DNA of 64,000 nucleotides from Giardia intestinalis (Eukaryota): NCBI GenBank assembly GCA_000002435.2, contig CM018792.1; one strand, 5' to 3'. Shown piece by piece: positions 57,901 to 64,000 of this stretch (position 1 is its first letter; each line of letters starts with the position of its first letter). The notes under the pieces were generated by a model. It saw only the letters and a program-made list of their open reading frames with translations, ran no database searches and was not told where the DNA came from. The position numbers and the translations under genes were made by a program.

Positions 57901-60900
57901 TCTCTCAAGGCTTCTGCGACGTCTACTTTTACGTTCTGCTTAATACTAGTACAAATCCTGTCTAATTCTACATAATCTGAATGAATGGGTGAGTACGACT
58001 TGATGGAGAGAGAGCCAAATGTTCCTCGCTGCATTGTCTGGTCGCCATCATACAATAATGGCGCACCAGGATTTGTAGTTATCCTTACATTGCTTTTCAG
58101 ATATATGTCTTTAAGAGTAAATGTGGACTGTCCTACCTCGGTGGAATGGCTGGTTAACATGCTAGCTGTTAAATCTGTATCCCTTTCTCCATTATCGGCA
58201 GATACGACAGGCACGGTCCCTATATTATTTTTCCTAATGATGTTTGCGTTGATCAATGCGCTATAAAAGTTGGTAATTCTGTCGTCAAGCGTAAGCTGCT
58301 TAGCATTCCCAATGTAAGAACTGCCTATAAACGTATCCCCGGTCTCTGTTATAACGACTTTAGTTAGCCCATTCACAGCCTCCAGATCCACTCCGGAGTC
58401 ATTGCACAACTTCGTATCCGAAAGGGTGAGCTTATTGTTGTGCAAAAGAGCCTCTATTCCTTGGCGTAAGACAGCCGACTGCATAGTGTGAATTATGCAC
58501 GGTCTCTCTCTCCGAGGAGTCCCATCTTGCGTTTGTGTCTGCGGTTGCGGTTCCAAAGACCCAAGAGAATCACCAGGCAGAGAAGGCTGTGAAGTTGCCT
58601 TTCCCTTACTTCGTGAGCGGCCCATCACATACTCTTTGTCAGAGGCTGACGAAATGTAGAGTGGCTTGTTTGGTAGTATGTCACGTACAGTCTCAGTAGC
58701 ATTGGCGACCACCCGCAACATACCAGATTGGTAGAGCTTCCTACTGGTATCAGCGTTGGGTCGGCCGTCCTGCTGTCTGCTCTCGAGCTCCATGCGTTCA
58801 GAAGTAAGGCGCAGAGGCTCTGAATCGTGTTCCGACAAGACGGTATCCGTTTCATGATTCGTCTTTTGCATTGGACGGTCACTTTCGATAGAATCGTCCA
58901 CAGCTTCATGACCCTGTCTGTTTGTCATGTACACATTTGCTGGAGTTCCTTGATCAGACTTCACCAGTAGGTGAAGCCCACCATTCAATATAGCTGGATT
59001 AATGGTCGAATTGTCGAAAAGAAGCTGGGTGATTATCGATCGGATATTCTGTTTCTTTTGGTTATCCATTTCAAGGAGTGAGGCTAGCGCTTCAGAAGAC
59101 AGCTCAGACGGGTCGATGTGTACATACTCATGGTATAAACGAAGCTTTATTTCATCTTTAGCTATATCTTTGTGACCACCACCTACATCTCCTCCAACAC
59201 TATGATCAGATCCCTTTGAACGCGGCTTTTCAGTTAGAGATAATAGGCTCTTTGGGATGTCAGTATACTCACCATTATCCGTCTGTCTAATGGTGCTAGA
59301 GCAATGAGTCAATGGTGATGATTCCAATGAATGACTCAGTGAGTCCTTTAACTGCTTTGCTTTCTGACTTGATAAGCTGACCTCCTTATCCTTAGAATCA
59401 TTATCTAGCTCCTCCAAGTCAGAGTCCAGGCCATCAAAGTCATTGCGACGACTATCACTGCATGACTCGCTGAACCACATGTATTCTGAACACGTACCAT
59501 CCATGCTGACTTCATCTCTGAACTTCTTATTGACAAAGTCCTCTACGCAGCTGACGGTATGTTCCAAGATACGATAGTCTATACTATGCAGGAAATCTCC
59601 GTGCGTCAGGATGCTTGGGCGCGTAGATACGGACCCTATTATGGTATACACGTCCTCTGGAGCAAGAGTTTTATTTGCAACAAGGCGATAGTCCACTCTA
59701 GGAATAAGCGTCTTATCGTTGTCAACCTCCTCTCTAAATTCATCGAATCTTTCCTTGGTAAGAACAAAAGCAGTGATACGCTTTCGGGCTCGCTCTTTCT
59801 TAAGGTGCTTCTTCATGAGCTTTTGCTTTAGCAGATGAAGCTCCTCTTTCTTGTCTTGCTTCATCTGTACCTTATCTGGTTGATCGGTCCCTGTCGTCAA
59901 GTCCTCGTGTGGTTGGATGCGATGCAGGTCCTTTTGGGAAATATGAATATTGGCGTCCATATACGCTTGCTCCTTAATCTCTGCGATTGTATTTTCCAAT
60001 GTAGCGTAAGAATCACGCAGCTTGGAATTCTCTTCTTGCAGTGCTTCTATTTGCATACGTAAGTTGCTAATTTCAGACTGCATCGGATTGTCTAGAAGTA
60101 TCGAGGGATCATGTGACGCTGCTTCCGTCGCGTCCATCACGTCTACTGCGTCAAATGGCTCTGTGGTTGGCCTTCGATCTAGTACGTCTTTCTTCATTAC
60201 CTTACTAAGAACATTCTGTTTTTCTTTTGATTGTTCGCCTCGCTGGTTATGGTGGGACGCGGTACCACGCCTGTTGGCTGTCAGGGCATCTTTAGATTGC
60301 TCTGTGGTAGTCTTACGCTTTTCATCCTTACTGTTCCTCTTACTTTTCTTTTTCTCTTTGGTGGACCGTGTAGATTTAGCGGAGGTGTTTATACTAGAGA
60401 TACTTATGTTATCGCTGTTGCTGCAGCTGTCAATGCCAATATCTGCAACAGAGGACATCCGCTTATGAGTTCTGTGGCTGCCTTCTCTGCTCTGCAGTGG
60501 TTGTGAGCTTGAGGTAGCTCTACTTGTATCCTCACTCTTAGGCAATGGGCAATTACCGCTGAGGATATTCTCCAGTTCATCTTCCAATTTGCGCTGACTG
60601 GAAGTACTTACTGGCAAAGAGAGATCTTTCTGAGAAAGCCGCTTAGTGAGCTCAGCGACTGCTGCTTTGCTAGACCTTGCCTGGTCGCTGGATTGGCTCA
60701 ATCGTGACTGGAGCCTGGATAGTTCCTCTTTAAGCGCCTCCTCCTTGGCCTGAAACATGGACAGTTCAATGTTCTTCGATTCCTCGTAGTTGTGGAGGAT
60801 ATTATCATAGTCTGCCAGCTTTTGCTTCAGTGTCTCTATCTCTTCATAAAGGACAGGAAGCAGGTCGACCTGCTGATTCTTTGCGTAGATCTGAATTTCA

Positions 60901-61715
60901 AGCTGCGTTATTCTGTTTCTGAGTTCAGCACACTTAGTTCGTTCATCATCGAGAAGCCTTGTGAGAATGGCCTTCCGATCTTCTATTCCGCTGGTACCAC
61001 CCGTAAGCAAGCCAATTGTGCCCCATTTTGACGGAGTAATGTACGGGTTGAAGTCTGGCTCATATTCAGTGGTGTACTTATGCTTTTGCCAGAGTTGCTC
61101 TCGTAGACGAGTTAGCTCACTCAACGCATTAGCTTGCTCCGTAGCAAACCTGTCTGTAGCGATAGTATAGTCTTGCTGGACCTGTTCAATCTGCAGACGC
61201 AATTGATACACAAGGCTCTCTAGCTCGGTAACGCGACTTGTGGGCAAAGGCTCCTGCTTCTGAGATGCGTCGAAAAGAGCCTGGGTGGACGCATGCACTA
61301 TAGAATATATTTGGGAGTACAGAGAATTGCTAGCAGCATCTATATGGTCTTCAAAAATCGGAAGAACGCTTTTGGGTACAAGATGATCAGTCTTAGTGTT
61401 GCATTTTAGCTGCTCTTCAAATAACACATACATCTTTCGATTGGCAATTCGGTCTTTTAGCCGTCCAAAAACCTTGTCGGTGAGGACTTTGACCTTCTCA
61501 AAGAGTCCACTTTCTATCTCCTTCGCCAAATGACACTGCTTAGATGTAAGCCTAGAATCAGACGAAATTAAAGATAGGGTCTGTAGGGCTGCAGATGCCT
61601 GGAGACTAAGTGAGGACTCCATGGTTTCGACCACGCTCCGCGAGCGGCCCGTGAACGGCAGATGTACATCGCTGGGCTGAGGATCTGGAACGCGATCAAG
61701 AACGGTAGATTCCAT
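54969..61715 (-). CDS. very large hypothetical coiled-coil protein (~2248 aa)
   Basis: 6.7 kb ORF. The track start is TTG 61718; the ATG is the next codon (61715). It has multiple heptad segments (e.g. LESLVYQLRLQIEQVQQDYTIATDRFATEQANALSELTRLREQL; ISNLRMQIEALQEENSKLRDSYATLENTIAEIKEQ) and a basic Ser-rich stretch. It is convergent with the AAA gene with a 15 nt gap. Confidence 0.55.
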   Translation of the reverse strand: MESTVLDRVPDPQPSDVHLPFTGRSRSVVETMESSLSLQASAALQTLSLISSDSRLTSKQCHLAKEIESGLFEKVKVLTDKVFGRLKDRIANRKMYVLFEEQLKCNTKTDHLVPKSVLPIFEDHIDAASNSLYSQIYSIVHASTQALFDASQKQEPLPTSRVTELESLVYQLRLQIEQVQQDYTIATDRFATEQANALSELTRLREQLWQKHKYTTEYEPDFNPYITPSKWGTIGLLTGGTSGIEDRKAILTRLLDDERTKCAELRNRITQLEIQIYAKNQQVDLLPVLYEEIETLKQKLADYDNILHNYEESKNIELSMFQAKEEALKEELSRLQSRLSQSSDQARSSKAAVAELTKRLSQKDLSLPVSTSSQRKLEDELENILSGNCPLPKSEDTSRATSSSQPLQSREGSHRTHKRMSSVADIGIDSCSNSDNISISSINTSAKSTRSTKEKKKSKRNSKDEKRKTTTEQSKDALTANRRGTASHHNQRGEQSKEKQNVLSKVMKKDVLDRRPTTEPFDAVDVMDATEAASHDPSILLDNPMQSEISNLRMQIEALQEENSKLRDSYATLENTIAEIKEQAYMDANIHISQKDLHRIQPHEDLTTGTDQPDKVQMKQDKKEELHLLKQKLMKKHLKKERARKRITAFVLTKERFDEFREEVDNDKTLIPRVDYRLVANKTLAPEDVYTIIGSVSTRPSILTHGDFLHSIDYRILEHTVSCVEDFVNKKFRDEVSMDGTCSEYMWFSESCSDSRRNDFDGLDSDLEELDNDSKDKEVSLSSQKAKQLKDSLSHSLESSPLTHCSSTIRQTDNGEYTDIPKSLLSLTEKPRSKGSDHSVGGDVGGGHKDIAKDEIKLRLYHEYVHIDPSELSSEALASLLEMDNQKKQNIRSIITQLLFDNSTINPAILNGGLHLLVKSDQGTPANVYMTNRQGHEAVDDSIESDRPMQKTNHETDTVLSEHDSEPLRLTSERMELESRQQDGRPNADTSRKLYQSGMLRVVANATETVRDILPNKPLYISSASDKEYVMGRSRSKGKATSQPSLPGDSLGSLEPQPQTQTQDGTPRRERPCIIHTMQSAVLRQGIEALLHNNKLTLSDTKLCNDSGVDLEAVNGLTKVVITETGDTFIGSSYIGNAKQLTLDDRITNFYSALINANIIRKNNIGTVPVVSADNGERDTDLTASMLTSHSTEVGQSTFTLKDIYLKSNVRITTNPGAPLLYDGDQTMQRGTFGSLSIKSYSPIHSDYVELDRICTSIKQNVKVDVAEALRDIRMILKMLGHDPQLFDIKLINCADRLEHKHSCPTTLDTHELTDSLKALSKDDKLTLFLEAILAKQITWGDLKAVFEHASPIMNYLMDLCSQLSRNSDIRNKPLVDDLVEEDKCLDELSNILFASQIFARSIEGVTGVSSADLSTNTADLKRFLEALPSDQQQLIYEIAKLLKDQQSTAVIPSESLTSSPSKDQAENPIMQLLNALTHINYDAIVQILFTRIQSSSKREDSFDKYDTIKDPAHISDGVDQDLPTLENQVLGIFTDSEWQDLETSIPPETLKFIKDKLILEQEKLDELSMLKQQLYILRQAEHAARLSYEAPISEETQCPEGARISDVAICSTCGQEITRSSRASSAPGVRSLGRLPSQSGTEGEAIRLDFLPGSDLCLDHLDTSTNPSASKVSREACSNRDGDVSRLHPVLAPDVANAAVTTLITGNRSRYAEHLPIMGFVGKKVNQKYRQLLIKNKERAKELQERLGLLSIPQQNTRHPINYQYNIMNIPVAFAARTPHVVGPNATNFLGMSMEISMLSKEGKAQIVSLSEETDNFLRRQLHLSQKDYSSKQHMIRAKRASDAVQSVITHYVRKCPLYHKLNWVIPDDPRDIFIRLYQNARELREKYERRFQAKLLLEADLFNRYRQARVYVPGSGISKHSQSGLPIHQPMKENPSLVTDLSMSAHTPQATYVCTDSVVPDTALTGDGDSSQLRDCTRSTDSSLVNSVPQGKPPTDLTIPASSPRLLLSGIQGSQLGKADSNSRLYIPEYERYNKQAHVSSIIAGSTVMGKPIIPTPSLQNNKARYPPLYSSTCDSYSPRDSCAQLHVSGIHLGSKTVHSYDSNTSGKLSVQAKIHSQIDDSRLDELSKSVTLLSSSVELAKSGNASLTPGASAKICGRLPTKPLKSICASTQQAEEPVNISITNITDMFISEETKQSGSKEAPQISDAFTGVHRSGSIRKSAALAFRTSDAQTEARLSVGSRSQH

Positions 61716-61823
61716 CAATCTTGTTTGCGCGGCTATAGAATTTAATCCAAAGAAAAGTTTATAATCCTAAGGGCTCTAAAAGGTTGTCTAAAAGGCTTCA
61801 CCCCACAACGAACTCTGATGTGA

Positions 61824-64000
61824 CTACGTGCTCATCCGCTGCTGTCTTCTTTCCTGCTCTTTTGCAGCTCGACGAAGCTGCTTGCGACGAAGCTTTGCAA
61901 AGACGATCATTTCAGCCCTCACCTTACGCAGCATTATTGCGCCCAGGGCTATGTTGACTAGCACCAAGCAGCCCCCTAGTGTAAAAGTGATCACGTAGAC
62001 AATTGAGTAATTTGTGGATTGGATGCTCGTCATGGTCACAAATGCAGAACGATAGGACGGATCTGTCTGGTCACGTGTTCCTGTTCCATTGTATGACACG
62101 TCTGTTCCATTGAGAGGCTGAACTCGAAACCCTATGATCTGCTGGGACCGATTCTTCCATATAGCGCCTAACATTTTCTCACACAGAGCGGTAGCAGACA
62201 GAGTTGCGTCGATATCGGGGTCTGATGAGCTTCCTAATATGTAATTCGAGCACGAAAAGCAGTACTCTGTGGTGTTTAGGGAGAAGTTACCGATTTTAGA
62301 AAGCATGCCTGTTCTTACAGATAGATTCTTAGCATCGAATACCTCAACGGTCATATTCTTTGCGTAGATATCATACGAGAAAGTATCATCCTTTAGTATA
62401 TCCTCAGATGAAGGCAAGTAACGTATACTGCAGGTCGGTGAAACTGTGCTGGTCAACGTTATGCAGATTTCGCTACCTGCCACCGAGGCCACAGTGTAGT
62501 TGAAGCAGGAAGCCTCTATATTGTCCAGAAAGTATTTGGCCACTCCACTTTGAGCTGTCTCCCCTGTTCGCCAAAAGTTGAGGAGCAGACTACCACGAAG
62601 AACGCTAGAATTGATGCTCAGTGCGGTATAGAATCGCCTGAGAGCTTGCATCTGCAAAGTCTTCTCCTTGATGGTGCTTGTTTGGGACACATCTGGATAT
62701 ATAACACCGTTGAGATTGTAATACGATCCGTTAGGGTAGAAAAATAACCTGGTATTAGAAGATACTGAAAAGCGTGATATATTATACTCAAGTAGAAGCC
62801 GCTCATTTGTTACTACGTTGAGAAGCAGCATCATGACATTGACATAGTTTGTACCAGCAGGAGAGTCACACTTCCCTTCTGCAATTGCAGTTGCATTGGG
62901 GGTTAAGTCCACGAACACCATGTCAGGATTGACGTAGGCAAGAACGTGTGAGTAGCACGAGTGCATAAAGGGTGTGGACATGAAATTGAGATCAACGTTA
63001 ATCGTGACTTCAATTTCGTCCATAATAGACGTTATAGTGAAATTTCCGTGGGTCCAGGGATCCAAGAGGTAACTCTGGATGGCCGCCATGGCTGTTACAT
63101 TCTCTGCGTCTCCTAATACATAACAGTATAGGCCTGCATCAGGGTTAAAGAAGGAGGTATCCAGAGGCAGGACCTCGCTCTTGTAGTTAGATATCAGTGT
63201 GAGGGAGATAGTATGTACGGGATAATTAGAGAGAAATGGGCAAGTTCCTGTCGATTGCAGAGAGGCACAAACAGCACACACAGTGCCTTGCTCTTCCGCA
63301 TTTAGTTTGAATTGAGGATTGATGATCTGAAGCGTTGATCCAGACTCCATAAAACACTTAGAATAATCCACAGTTACGGTCTTCATGATGCTGACAGTTG
63401 CTATGGCTGAGAAGGTTGGCGTCGTCAAGGCAACGGTAGCGGCCTCTCCTGTGCGCAGTGCTTTCTTGCAATTAATCATATCATCTGCAGGGCACGTGAT
63501 GCAGATCGTAGTAGTGTTGGTATAGTTGTAGTTGAAAATTATAGACCTTATGGTTTTCTTGTACGTACTGACATTTAGCTCTAGAAGGAGGGAGGAGGGT
63601 AAACCGATCGAGCAGAGAGTGTTGCCTGTAGGTGAGAGGGTTAGACAGGCCTGTCCACTTTGGTACTCTATGTATAGCTGAGTCCCTAGATGCCAACAGT
63701 TCTCTGATCTTTGTCTGTTCACGGACAGCTGACTTTGCGTGCAGACCCCAGTTATTTCCTGGCACAAGTATCCTGCATCACAGTCATCGTTGTTGGTGCA
63801 TTTATACTTGCAAACACCGTTGAAGTTCTGTTGGCCAGAAGGACATGGATTGGTGCGCAATGTAGAGCTCTCAACTCTATCGTAGCAAAATCCATCAATT
63901 GCGACTTGATTCTGCTTTGAGCATGCGCCAGTAGCTTTGTCTGGAAGGTCCCTACAACCCCCATCTGGCGCGCACCTGTCGACTGACGCGCAAGATACAT
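61824..64000 (-). CDS. type I membrane protein, Cys-rich N-terminal region, 5'-partial (runs off window)
   Basis: The frame stays open from 63860 up to the window edge (…CAPDGGCRDLPDKATGACSKQNQVAIDGFCYDRVESSTLRTNPCPSGQQNFNGVCKYKCTNNDDCDAGYLCQEITGVCTQ). The track 'M' at 63860 is TTG. It has a long N-glycosylation-site-rich ectodomain, a single C-terminal TM (VYVITFTLGGCLVLVNIALGAIML) and a basic cytoplasmic tail. Confidence 0.5.
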   Translation of the reverse strand, partial: VSCASVDRCAPDGGCRDLPDKATGACSKQNQVAIDGFCYDRVESSTLRTNPCPSGQQNFNGVCKYKCTNNDDCDAGYLCQEITGVCTQSQLSVNRQRSENCWHLGTQLYIEYQSGQACLTLSPTGNTLCSIGLPSSLLLELNVSTYKKTIRSIIFNYNYTNTTTICITCPADDMINCKKALRTGEAATVALTTPTFSAIATVSIMKTVTVDYSKCFMESGSTLQIINPQFKLNAEEQGTVCAVCASLQSTGTCPFLSNYPVHTISLTLISNYKSEVLPLDTSFFNPDAGLYCYVLGDAENVTAMAAIQSYLLDPWTHGNFTITSIMDEIEVTINVDLNFMSTPFMHSCYSHVLAYVNPDMVFVDLTPNATAIAEGKCDSPAGTNYVNVMMLLLNVVTNERLLLEYNISRFSVSSNTRLFFYPNGSYYNLNGVIYPDVSQTSTIKEKTLQMQALRRFYTALSINSSVLRGSLLLNFWRTGETAQSGVAKYFLDNIEASCFNYTVASVAGSEICITLTSTVSPTCSIRYLPSSEDILKDDTFSYDIYAKNMTVEVFDAKNLSVRTGMLSKIGNFSLNTTEYCFSCSNYILGSSSDPDIDATLSATALCEKMLGAIWKNRSQQIIGFRVQPLNGTDVSYNGTGTRDQTDPSYRSAFVTMTSIQSTNYSIVYVITFTLGGCLVLVNIALGAIMLRKVRAEMIVFAKLRRKQLRRAAKEQERRQQRMST

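Overview
This window reads as nuclear DNA of the diplomonad parasite Giardia intestinalis (lamblia/duodenalis), not a prokaryote. It is an ordinary, gene-dense housekeeping stretch and contains no CRISPR array, defence island or mobile element. I found nothing I would call a novel biological system.

Evidence for the organism, all visible in the sequence:
- An intact variant-specific surface protein (VSP) body with about 29 CXXC motifs, GGCY motifs, a C-terminal transmembrane anchor and the invariant ...CRGKA* tail.
- The VSP stop is followed by the extended VSP polyadenylation motif ACTCAGGTAGTGAAC.
- AGTAAAC poly(A) signals overlap stop codons (PDI, DYRK).
- Start codons sit directly on short AT-rich initiator elements, and intergenic spacers are only 5-100 nt.
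- There are NEK kinases with C-terminal ankyrin repeats and 'protein 21.1'-type ankyrin proteins.
- ORFs are long and intronless.

I call about 33 protein-coding genes on both strands. Recognisable ones are: HMG-box protein; Kae1/OSGEP; a TauE/SafE (TSUP) transporter; a DYRK kinase; two ankyrin 21.1 proteins; an EF-hand protein; a membrane-anchored protein disulfide isomerase; a NEK-ankyrin kinase; a CDK-like kinase; PACRG; a PCI-domain protein; a PAP2 lipid phosphatase; ESCRT-II Vps22; and a double-AAA NVL/Rix7-like ATPase. There are also several very large orphan proteins (1263, 2370 and 2249 aa) and a 5'-partial Cys-rich membrane protein at the right edge. A tRNA-Gln(UUG) lies at 22120-22191.

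The ORF track uses GTG/TTG/CTG as 'M', so several gene starts were moved to the first in-frame ATG that sits on an AT-rich initiator.

The most interesting observations are:
1. The VSP has a complete body and conserved 3' signal, but its signal peptide lies in a different frame and has no ATG. This is either a 5'-disrupted VSP pseudogene or an assembly indel.
2. Two head-to-head gene pairs have ATGs 12 nt and 19 nt apart across a single AT-rich element.
3. One protein carries four evenly spaced copies of a DYSSLQLYSGMFD motif.
4. Two intergenic regions (about 500 and 600 bp) are unusually long for Giardia and could hold ncRNAs.
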